IMG/VR virus record: IMGVR_UViG_3300031992_000016
Location: 32,001-96,000 of that record
Strand: one strand, 5' to 3'
Length of the DNA stretch: 64,000 bases
Source of the DNA: a virus
Taxonomy: Duplodnaviria; Caudoviricetes
Shown: positions 1 through 7,060 of the stretch, piece after piece
Position numbering within the stretch: the stretch's first letter is position 1
How the letters are laid out: each line of letters starts with the position of its first letter
The notes under the pieces: model-generated
Told to the model about the DNA's origin: nothing
Databases searched by the model: none
Seen by the model: only the letters and a program-made list of their open reading frames with translations
Position numbers and translations under genes: made by a program

Positions 1-468
1 GGATGGTATGATAAAATCCTTGGTGTGCGCGAAGTCATTGGTGAAGGTCGAGATATTGGTTTTTTGCCAGGTGAGTAGAAAGCTAAAACAGATAATTTCT
101 TTAAACCGTTAGAACAATAGCTAAATGGTGGAGAGTTTGAATTAGATAGCTTAGTGCGGCAAGGGCAATTAGAAACATAGATTCCTTATTTTTTAAAAGG
201 CTGTACTTATAATCAGACTGCGATTGTCGTTGATGAAGCCGAGGACTTAACTGAAAAACAAATTAAGTTAATTGGTACTCGCGCTGGAAAAGGCAGTCGT
301 GTTATTTTTGCCGGTGACTATAAACAATCATTAGTAAATCACACTGAGTCCAATCCACTTGTTAAAATGTGTGATGCATTGCGCGGTAACCCTCTGTTTG
401 GATGCGTAGTATTAAAAGAGGATGTCCGTAGCGAAACTTCTAAATTATTTGCTGACCTCTTCACTTGA
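1..468 (+). CDS. phoH: PhoH-family ATPase, 5'-truncated, 3 in-frame TAG read through
   Basis: Frame 1 reads IGFLPGE*KAK...IPYFLKGCTY...IVVDEAEDLT..QIKLIGTRAG.GSRVIFAGDYKQ; TAG at 76, 118, 178; ends TGA 466-468. Confidence 0.9.
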
Positions 469-493
469 AAATTTTAAAAATTTTTGATATAAT
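465..493 (+). promoter_or_regulatory. sigma-A-type promoter
   Basis: TTGAAA-17bp-TGaTATAAT; -35 overlaps the phoH TGA stop. Confidence 0.8.
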
Positions 494-524
494 ATATATA
501 GAAAGTGAGAGGGAGGTAAGCCTT

Positions 525-692
525 ATGACCTATGCTGAGTGTCCTTGGTATGATTGCTACGAATTGTGCGACGGTTGTCCTGAACGAATTGCTTGTAATG
601 AGTATAGAGACTATGTTGATAATGGCGTATGTGAATTTGAGCATCGTGAGTATGGCGAAGAAGGCTATCCCGACATGGAAGAAGACGATTAA
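525..692 (+). CDS. small Cys-rich acidic hypothetical protein
   Basis: GGAGG RBS before ATG 525, downstream of promoter. Confidence 0.6.
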   Translation: MTYAECPWYDCYELCDGCPERIACNEYRDYVDNGVCEFEHREYGEEGYPDMEEDD

Positions 693-713
693 AATCACAG
701 GAGGAAGAGAGCC

Positions 714-1013
714 ATGAGCGATACTAAAAACACCTGTTCGCAGGATTGTTCTAAGACTTGTAAAAATTATTAGCCAGTTACTCCGTAGAAAGATAATTAT
801 GGATGGATTTGCGCGAAGTGTGGTCGTGGCATTGCGCCAAATCAAATAACTTGTCCTTATTGCGGACCTACTTATACTTGGATTAGTACATCACCTTGGT
901 GGAGCGGTCCATATTATACAACTACTAATGTTTCTAACACTATTGATAAAGATAGTGTAACAGCAAGTGCGTCAAATATCACATTAAATGCTAATGCTAC
1001 TACGCTAACTTGA
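714..1013 (+). CDS. Zn-ribbon hypothetical protein (2 TAG read through)
   Basis: GGAGG RBS; GWICAKCG...CPYCG motif only reachable past two TAGs; ends TGA. Confidence 0.7.
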
Positions 1014-1038
1014 AAATTTTAAAAAAATTTGATATAAT
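1010..1038 (+). promoter_or_regulatory. sigma-A-type promoter
   Basis: TTGAAA-17-TGaTATAAT. Confidence 0.8.
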
Positions 1039-1070
1039 ATATATGTAAGATAAAGAAAAGGAGAAATTAA

Positions 1071-1286
1071 ATGTATTATTACCTTGTAGATTTTCTTGAT
1101 GAGGATTATAACGAGCATAAAGAATCTGGCCTAATTGGTGCTCAGTCTTATAGCACTGCTACTGCACAGGTTACTGATTTCTACGGTGAAGGTAATATTA
1201 TTTCTCTTTATCTTGAACAGTGGAATGATGTTGTAACCGAGGATGAAGTTCTCGATGGCTTTGAAGAAGCCGATGTGAGGGTTTAA
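1071..1286 (+). CDS. acidic hypothetical protein
   Basis: AGGAG RBS, follows promoter. Confidence 0.7.
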   Translation: MYYYLVDFLDEDYNEHKESGLIGAQSYSTATAQVTDFYGEGNIISLYLEQWNDVVTEDEVLDGFEEADVRV

Positions 1287-1298
1287 TCCCTCACTTAT

Positions 1299-1382
1299 GC
1301 GGGTATGGTGGAATGGCAGACACCACAGACTTAAAATCTGTTGCCGCAAGGCGTGCCGGTTCAAGTCCGGCTACCCGCACCA
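1299..1382 (+). tRNA. tRNA-Leu(TAA)
   Basis: Cloverleaf; ACAGA-CT-TAA-AA-TCTGT; long variable arm; encoded CCA. Confidence 0.95.
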
Positions 1383-1384
1383 TT

Positions 1385-1447
1385 AAGGCTCACACAGCAA
1401 ATTTTAATGCAATAGTATTGGTAAACTATAAGTGCAGGCGAGCCTTG
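1385..1447 (+). ncRNA. ACAGCAA-motif stem-bounded RNA, copy a (Y-RNA-like candidate)
   Basis: AAGGCTC...GAGCCTT terminal stem, ACACAGCAAAT motif, internal hairpin ATAGT/ACTAT, T-rich tail. Confidence 0.6.
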
Positions 1448-1454
1448 TTTTTAT

Positions 1455-1536
1455 GCCCGAGTGGCGGAATGGCAGACGCGCTTGACTCAAAATCAAGTTC
1501 GAGAGAGTGTGGGTTCAAGTCCCACCTTGGGCACCA
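1455..1536 (+). tRNA. tRNA-Leu(CAA)
   Basis: CTTGA-CT-CAA-AA-TCAAG; CCA end. Confidence 0.95.
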
Positions 1537-1655
1537 GATTGTTGTCCGGCCGGCAACCCAGTGGATGGATTGTTACGCATCCCGTGCTACTACTGCGAGA
1601 GGGATCACGCTTAGGCTTTGCATGCGCACCACGGCCCATGAAGGTAGCACACTAT

Positions 1656-1732
1656 GCTCCCTTAGCCCAATTGGCAGAGGCAGTTGGCTAAGAACCAACA
1701 CAGTGAGAGTTCGAATCTCTTGGGGAGTACCA
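1656..1732 (+). tRNA. tRNA-Leu(AAG), short variable loop
   Basis: GTTGG-CT-AAG-AA-CCAAC; GTTCGAATC T loop; A73-CCA. Confidence 0.85.
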
Positions 1733-2170
1733 CCAGGGCATGCCTGGTTTATATTGTCTAGCAACAAGGCAATCACACTGCAATGTTGTATGTAGGTAAA
1801 TGATGGGGAGGAGTTAAAGGCGTCCTCTCTCTGGGGCAATGCGGTAATACCTGCGCGCGGGTAGCAAAGTTACCCTACCAGTAGTTAGAAGTCTGTAAAA
1901 CTTCCATTGGGCTGGCTGAGAGGCCCTGGTCCATCTTCCTTGCCAACAGTGATAGTCCTGTTTAAGGCAAAAAACATGCGGGTTAGCTAAACGCGATGAT
2001 GGCTAGTTTTAGGGTTTTACGCCACGCTTTTAAGGACTTTGGCATTGATAAGCAAATTTGCTTGTCTATACTAGTTAATGCCGCAGTTCTAATTTGTCTG
2101 CACACTCGATTGGTAGTGTCCCACAAAAAAACTTGTTGAAGAGTGAAGTTGGTGGTTTTAGCTCTTAAAA
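1733..2170 (+). ncRNA. candidate large structured ncRNA (unidentified)
   Basis: About 440 nt with no credible ORF, GC-richer than flanks, many hairpins, embedded anticodon-like hairpin at 1888-1904. Confidence 0.4.
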
Positions 2171-2227
2171 AATATCTTATATGCGCTAAGATAAGGGCGC
2201 TTAATAGTGAAGGAGAGGAACTTAACT

Positions 2228-2542
2228 ATGAAATTTTTTTCTGAGGTAACGAATAGGGTTTATGATTCTGTTGATGCACTTAACGCCGCCGAAAAAAAGG
2301 TAGCCGATGAGAAGCGTGCTCGTGAGGAAGCCGAAGCTAAGAAAAAGGAAACTCGTGAAGCCCGCGCAAAGGAAGTTGAAGCTGCCCTTGAACTTGCTTC
2401 CAAGACTCGCTCAGATGCTTTGGAGAAGTTGAATGCTTTTGTGAAGGACTATGGTGCCTTCCATACTTCCATCAAGAATGTTGATTCACTGTTTGGATCA
2501 GAGCATGCATTGAGTACCCTGTTTGATCTGTTCAACTATTGA
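2228..2542 (+). CDS. coiled-coil hypothetical protein
   Basis: GAGGA RBS; E/K/A-rich helix. Confidence 0.75.
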   Translation: MKFFSEVTNRVYDSVDALNAAEKKVADEKRAREEAEAKKKETREARAKEVEAALELASKTRSDALEKLNAFVKDYGAFHTSIKNVDSLFGSEHALSTLFDLFNY

Positions 2543-2582
2543 TTAGATGCCTCTGGCGGCAGGCAAAAAGCCGCCTTTATAT

Positions 2583-2658
2583 GGGGATGTAGCTCAGTTG
2601 GTAGAGCGCCTGCCTTGCAAGCAGGAGGTAGAGGGTTCGATCCCCTTCATCTCCACCA
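2583..2658 (+). tRNA. tRNA-Ala(TGC)
   Basis: Canonical cloverleaf; CCTGC-CT-TGC-AA-GCAGG; G3:U70; CCA. Confidence 0.95.
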
Positions 2659-2659
2659 G

Positions 2660-2777
2660 AAGACCTGTCAGCAATTATCTTTTTGCATTAGGAGCACGGG
2701 GTTCCAGGTTCGAATCCTGGGTCGGGGATTATTCCCCGGCTAGCTCAACTGGTAGAGCACGTTATTAGCGGGTCTTG
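2660..2777 (+). ncRNA. ACAGCAA-motif RNA copy b with circularly permuted tRNA module (YrlA-like topology)
   Basis: AAGACC...GGTCTT stem; TCAGCAAT; T arm 2704-2720, loop-closed acceptor hairpin 2721-2740, D arm 2743-2758. Confidence 0.75.
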
Positions 2778-2810
2778 TATTTTAAAAGTATCAAAAGGAG
2801 AGGTTACACT

Positions 2811-3233
2811 ATGAGGAAAGTAATTAGTTTAATAATGGTGATGCTTATGTTATTCTTGCCATTAACAAGTTAGGCATCTTGTGCATCCCCATCTGTCGAA
2901 TCTTTGGTTTCATTTACACCTAAAATTAGCTGGCAATACGCCACAGAAGATAGTTTGTTTAGCAAATTTTATCCTGAGTGGGTAGATACATTCTTATTCA
3001 GGTCTGAGTGGAAAATTATAGACGCATTTGAAATTAGTCTGCAAGCACCGCATCGTCTTGTTACTATGTATTGGGCGGTAATGCCAGAGAATGTAAAAGA
3101 TTTCGGTGTCTTGTTTGTGGGTAATAACCAGTTCATCTTGCGCTCTGCGTTTGTATATGATGAAACCCATCTTATGATTAATTTCACAAATGTATTACCT
3201 GGCGATTATCTTATGGTAATAGTTGCGCGATAA
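2811..3233 (+). CDS. secreted hypothetical protein (1 TAG in the signal peptide region)
   Basis: GGAG RBS; MRKVISLIMVMLMLFLPLTS*AS signal peptide in frame with track ORF 2904..3233. Confidence 0.7.
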
Positions 3234-3248
3234 TTTTCGCGCATAAAT

Positions 3249-3322
3249 GCGGCTATAGTATAGTGGTAATACGCGGCCTTGCCAAGGCTGAATCACGGGT
3301 TCAAATCCCGTTAGCCGCTCCA
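3249..3322 (+). tRNA. tRNA-Gly(GCC)
   Basis: Cloverleaf; GCC anticodon; U73-CCA. Confidence 0.95.
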
Positions 3323-3360
3323 TTCAATAGACCTGTTCATACAACAGGTCTATATTTTAT

Positions 3361-3436
3361 GCGCGTGTAGCTCAGTCGGTAGAGCACGTGACTTTTAATC
3401 ACGGCGTCGGGAGTTCGATCCTCCCCACGCGCACCA
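3361..3436 (+). tRNA. tRNA-Lys(TTT)
   Basis: CGTGA-CT-TTT-AA-TCACG; CCA. Confidence 0.95.
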
Positions 3437-3439
3437 TAT

Positions 3440-3514
3440 GGCTTGGTAGCTGAGACGGATTAGCAGCGGACTGAAAATCCGCATAGGTTGGATCGTTACC
3501 AACCCAAGCCACCA
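3440..3514 (+). tRNA. tRNA-Phe(GAA)
   Basis: GCGGA-CT-GAA-AA-TCCGC; atypical T loop ATCGTTA; CCA. Confidence 0.85.
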
Positions 3515-3607
3515 GGGAGTCGGGAAGCTGTGTCATTAGTATCACGTGCTACGGTGACAATGCAGTGAAACAATTGCGCATAATACCGAATAGAGACACT
3601 CCCACCA
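3515..3607 (+). ncRNA. tRNA-like RNA with acceptor stem and ACCA end but non-cloverleaf body
   Basis: GGGAGT...ACTCCC-A-CCA, directly abutting tRNA-Phe. Confidence 0.45.
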
Positions 3608-3635
3608 TTTTAAATAATCAATAGGAGGCCATTCT

Positions 3636-3845
3636 ATGAGTTTTAAAGACGCCTATAAAGCCATGCGTGAAGGTAAAGCTATTTCTAATACTGAGCATCC
3701 TGATGATCAGTGGGTTTGGAAGAATGACTAGATGATTTTCCAAAGTGGTGATGGCATTAGCTATCCGGTTAATGATATGCTATCTATTGAATATCTCCTC
3801 GATTAGATTGTACAAGATATTTGGTTTGTTGTAGAAGAAGAATAA
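3636..3845 (+). CDS. small hypothetical protein, DUF2829/Tad2-like pattern (2 TAG)
   Basis: GGAGG RBS; MSFKDAYKAMREGK...DIWFVVEE; 69 aa with TAG=Gln. Confidence 0.6.
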
Positions 3846-3857
3846 ACTTCTTCTTAT

Positions 3858-3932
3858 GTGGAGTGTCGTCTAATGGTAAGACAGCAGATTGTGGCTCTGC
3901 GAACGCAGGTTCGATTCCTGTCATTCCACCCA
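3858..3932 (+). tRNA. tRNA-His(GTG)
   Basis: G-1:C73; GCAGA-TT-GTG-GC-TCTGC; CCA. Confidence 0.95.
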
Positions 3933-4005
3933 GCTAGCGGTGAGGGCAATTGACGAATGGGGCTAGCGGAATCCGCACGCGACGTCGGTAAAAAAGCTCC
4001 TATAT

Positions 4006-4080
4006 GCGCTGAACCCTCGTCGGTCGGGGAGAGGTCTGCAAAACCTCTGTTAGTGGGTTCAACTCCCACTCAGCGCTCCA
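4006..4080 (+). tRNA. tRNA-Cys(GCA)
   Basis: GAGGT-CT-GCA-AA-ACCTC; U73-CCA; atypical D region. Confidence 0.85.
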
Positions 4081-4096
4081 ATTAAAGAGGGGAGCG

Positions 4097-4780
4097 ATGC
4101 ATATGTTATTAAGAAAAGGAATGCGTGGAGAATCGGTTCGATAGTTACAAACACGTTTAACTGAATTAGGTTTCCTCAATAGTAAGATTGATGGAGTATT
4201 TGGTCCAGTAACTTAGAACGCAGTTATGAATTTTCAAATGCAAGCAAATTTAGGAGTTGATGGTATTGTTGGTCCAAAAACAGAAGCAGCATTAAATGAT
4301 GTGAATGCGCCGCATTATGTTATACCAACTTCAACTGCGGTTCCTGCTACTGGCACTGCGCAAATGATGGATTGGTGGAAAAGTGATATTTCTAAAATCT
4401 TTGCGCGTGGTGTAGTGGCAACTATTACAGATGTAGATACTGGCTTAGCTTGGCACGAAGTACGTAAAGGCGGCTCTAACCACGCTGACGTTCAACCATG
4501 TACTGCCGCAGATACTGCTGTATTGAAATAGGCTTATGGTGGAAAATGGTCATGGGCTAGACGCGCAATTTTTGTAACGATCAATGGTGTTAATTATGCC
4601 GCATCAATGAATGGGATGCCACACAGCGGACAATCTATTTTAGATAATAATTTCCCTGGACATCATTGTATCCACTTTACTAATAGCCGCACACATAATA
4701 CAAATAAAGTGTGTCCAGACCATCGTAAAGCTATTGAAAAAGCAGCAAAAGCAAATTTAGGTGATAATTCGGTGGGTTAA
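4097..4780 (+). CDS. peptidoglycan-binding (PG_binding_1) domain protein with His/Cys-motif C-terminal domain (3 TAG)
   Basis: LRKGMRGESVR*LQTRL..LGF...IDGVFGPVT*NAVMNFQ...VDGIVGPKT; C-terminal ASMNGMPH...GHHCIHF..SRTH; ends TAA 4780. Confidence 0.85.
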
Positions 4781-4794
4781 TTAACCCACTTTAT

Positions 4795-4869
4795 AGGGGA
4801 ATGGTGTAATTGGCAGCATGTCGGTCTCCAAAACCGCTGGTCTAGGTTCGAGTCCTAGTTCCCCTGCCA
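4795..4869 (+). tRNA. tRNA-Trp(CCA)
   Basis: CGGT-CT-CCA-AA-ACCG; G73-CCA. Confidence 0.95.
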
Positions 4870-4873
4870 TTAT

Positions 4874-4948
4874 GCGGGTATAGTTCAACGGATAGAATAA
4901 CAGACTTCTAATCTGTACATCAGGGTTCAATTCCCTGTACCCGTACCA
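4874..4948 (+). tRNA. tRNA-Arg(TCT)
   Basis: ACAGA-CT-TCT-AA-TCTGT; CCA. Confidence 0.95.
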
Positions 4949-4949
4949 G

Positions 4950-4978
4950 TTGATTTTTTTAAAAATTTTTGATATAAT
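4950..4978 (+). promoter_or_regulatory. sigma-A-type promoter upstream of the receiver-domain gene and suppressor tRNA
   Basis: TTGATT-17-TGaTATAAT. Confidence 0.8.
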
Positions 4979-5015
4979 ATATATGTAAGATAAAGAAAGG
5001 AAGGGCAAACAGTAA

Positions 5016-5354
5016 ATGAAAATTACTCTGTTTGTGGATGATGAACGCAGACCTCACAGAGAAGATGCGCATAGTTGGATACTTGTTAGAACTGGTAAGC
5101 TTGCAATTGATTTACTTGATGCTCTTCGTAAAATTAATTCTAAGAATGTTTTTGATATATATCTTGACCATGACCTTGGCTCTGGCATAAGCGGTTATGA
5201 TGTAGCAAAATATATTGTAGATAACAATATCACAGAAGTGCAACATGTATATGTAATAAGTATGAATCCAGTTGGTGCGCAGAATATTTGTGATTTGCTT
5301 AATCATTACGGTTGGTCGGCAAAGCGAGTGGGGCTAGATGTTATTGGATTATAA
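5016..5354 (+). CDS. cyclic-phosphate-processing receiver-domain protein
   Basis: LFVDDER...LDHDLG..GYD..(S)MNPVG motifs typical of this RNA-repair-associated receiver family. Confidence 0.75.
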   Translation: MKITLFVDDERRPHREDAHSWILVRTGKLAIDLLDALRKINSKNVFDIYLDHDLGSGISGYDVAKYIVDNNITEVQHVYVISMNPVGAQNICDLLNHYGWSAKRVGLDVIGL

Positions 5355-5447
5355 AGCCCCTTAGTTCAACGGTAGAACACCGGTCTCTAAAACCGTTATA
5401 TCCCTCTGAAGGAGGTAGTCTGGGTTCGAATCCCAGAGGGGCCGCCA
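5355..5447 (+). tRNA. amber suppressor tRNA (anticodon CTA), probably Gln-charged, long variable region
   Basis: CGGT-CT-CTA-AA-ACCG with anticodon at 5387-5389; D arm GTTC/GAAC; T arm CTGGG-TTCGAAT-CCCAG; G73-CCA. Confidence 0.9.
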
Positions 5448-5451
5448 ATCA

Positions 5452-5562
5452 TCGACACGTACAGCAAATATAAAGAGTAATCTTTATGTCATGGGTTCAA
5501 CTCCCATCCTGCACACAGTGCATGTAGCTTAGTTGGTAGAGCGAAAGAATATAAGTGTCGAG
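5452..5562 (+). ncRNA. ACAGCAA-motif RNA copy c with circularly permuted tRNA module
   Basis: TCGACAC...GTGTCGA stem; GTACAGCAAAT; T arm 5491-5507, acceptor hairpin 5508-5524, D arm 5527-5542. Confidence 0.75.
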
Positions 5563-5572
5563 TAAATTTTTA

Positions 5573-5666
5573 TAGACAGCATACTGCAATGAAATATTGG
5601 ATAATATAACAGTTTTTATGCAACTATTATTAGAAGGTTCAAGTCCTTCGCTTATGCGCTGTCTAG
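5573..5666 (+). ncRNA. ACAGCAA-motif RNA copy d (ACTGCAA variant) with isolated T arm
   Basis: TAGACAGC...GCTGTCTA stem; GAAGG-TTCAAGT-CCTTC at 5633-5649. Confidence 0.65.
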
Positions 5667-5763
5667 AATTTTATTAGGACATAATTAATCAACGCATTGT
5701 CCTTAAAATTGAATAAATATTAGGGTGTACATACCTAAAATTTCCATGGAAAGGACGATGCTT

Positions 5764-6219
5764 ATGGCAGCTACAATTTTATTTACCAAGCCTGAAACTC
5801 AAGAGCTTGCTAATATATACCAAGAGTATGCGTTGCAAAATGCTGAATTGGTAGCTAAGAAAGAACTTGCGTTGATTGGCATAGCCATTAACAATGCTGC
5901 GGCGAAAGGCGCCACTAGCATTAATTACAAGGCTTCAAAAGACTTTACTACTTTACAGGGTACTTATTATAATAAGGCTGTAGAGATTATGAACGCAGAT
6001 TTCCAAAATGCTGGTTATTCTGCTGAAGCAACCACTGACCGCAATGGTTATGCAATTGCATTCTCTTTTGATTGGTCTGTAATTGATGGCGATGTTCCTG
6101 GTGGTAATACTAATCCATCTGCACCAGCAGCAGAGGAAAATTGGGAAGAAATTCCTGATCCAGCCCCAGCAGACCCAGCAGAAGGAGAGCCAACCGAAAC
6201 TCCAACAGATGGCGAGTAA
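5764..6219 (+). CDS. hypothetical protein with P/A/E-rich tail
   Basis: AAGGA RBS; open frame. Confidence 0.7.
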   Translation: MAATILFTKPETQELANIYQEYALQNAELVAKKELALIGIAINNAAAKGATSINYKASKDFTTLQGTYYNKAVEIMNADFQNAGYSAEATTDRNGYAIAFSFDWSVIDGDVPGGNTNPSAPAAEENWEEIPDPAPADPAEGEPTETPTDGE

Positions 6220-6234
6220 TTGATTGATTAATGA

Positions 6235-6306
6235 TAGGCTCCAACAGCAAGACAAGAAACACATTCATTTTTAACAAGAAAACGATAGGTGCTATAGGGA
6301 GCCTAG
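6235..6306 (+). ncRNA. ACAGCAA-motif RNA copy e
   Basis: TAGGCTCC...GGAGCCTA stem; AACAGCAAG; T-rich tail. Confidence 0.6.
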
Positions 6307-6326
6307 ATTTTTATGAGGTATAAATA

Positions 6327-6479
6327 ATGATAACAGTAAGTTAGATTTTTGTTTTTCTTTTAATGTTTGATGCAGCCTGGGTATTCTATGGACTGCTACA
6401 TAAAAAAAATATGTGGAAATGGATTTGTCTTTATTGGATACTCCTCACATTAAAAAATGCAAGTGATCTAATTTTTTGA
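6327..6479 (+). CDS. small membrane protein (1 TAG)
   Basis: GAGG RBS; two hydrophobic segments; ends TGA. Confidence 0.5.
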
Positions 6480-6483
6480 GGAG

Positions 6484-6738
6484 ATGAAAAAGATGTATTC
6501 AAGAGCACACATTAGATGTAATGGCCCACAGGAAACTGCGCAATTAGTAAGTTTATTAAATACTGATGGTACAACCAATAAGTATATCTTAGAAACGGCA
6601 GATAGTGCTTATCGTGTAAATGCAAGAAGTTTCTTAGGTGCGGTATATTTTACTACTGAGCATGCTGATGATACTTGGTTAGTAAATACTGATAATGATG
6701 GTTGGTATCCTATTGGTATTGATAACTTCCGTATCTAA
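6484..6738 (+). CDS. HPr-like (PTS phosphocarrier fold) protein
   Basis: 84 aa; RVNARSFLG resembles the HPr Ser46 motif (VNAKSIMG); no GLHARP His15 motif. Confidence 0.55.
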   Translation: MKKMYSRAHIRCNGPQETAQLVSLLNTDGTTNKYILETADSAYRVNARSFLGAVYFTTEHADDTWLVNTDNDGWYPIGIDNFRI

Positions 6739-6761
6739 TTGGGACAAAATAGTCCCCATAA

Positions 6762-6838
6762 TGGGGTGTAGCCAAGTTGGCCAAGGCATGGGACTTTGAC
6801 TCCCACATTCGCAGGTTCGAGTCCTGCCACCCCAGCCA
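6762..6838 (+). tRNA. tRNA-Gln(TTG)
   Basis: TGGGA-CT-TTG-AC-TCCCA; U1:A72; G73-CCA. Confidence 0.95.
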
Positions 6839-6842
6839 ATAT

Positions 6843-6917
6843 GCCGTCGTGGCTCAATGGTAGAGCAGCTGATTTGTAATCAGCAGGTTGTAGGTTCGAC
6901 TCCTATCGGCGGCTCCA
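6843..6917 (+). tRNA. tRNA-Thr(TGT)
   Basis: GCTGA-TT-TGT-AA-TCAGC; CCA. Confidence 0.95.
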
Positions 6918-7060
6918 AGAGAGCATACTCTTAACCAATGTCGATTGCAGGTGGTATCGTTAAATCCACCCCAGGCGGACCAGAGGATAATGCAGACGTG
7001 CAAAAATGCCCCAAACCCAGTGCGGTTTGTCAGTCGTCACAATCGGGACAAGCTGGTCTA

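Noticed and set aside
1313-1839. Track ORFs 1313..1795, 1461..1691, 1573..1839 (also 2547..2768, 3854..4069, 4781..5008)
   Set aside because: They are translations across tRNA and ncRNA genes, with no RBS or protein motifs
1733-2170. tmRNA, RNase P or T-box assignment
   Set aside because: No tmRNA-like acceptor and T-arm ends, no RNase P P4 consensus and no T-box consensus recognised
2660-2777. Assembly artefact or decayed tandem tRNAs explaining the permuted order
   Set aside because: The halves pair with each other through a short loop, sit within a conserved outer stem, and the design recurs with different sequence at 5452-5562
3326-3354. Hairpin ATAGACCTGTT/AACAGGTCTAT as a seventh motif RNA
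   Set aside because: The stem resembles the family but it lacks the CAGCAA motif and cargo; more likely a terminator or processing hairpin
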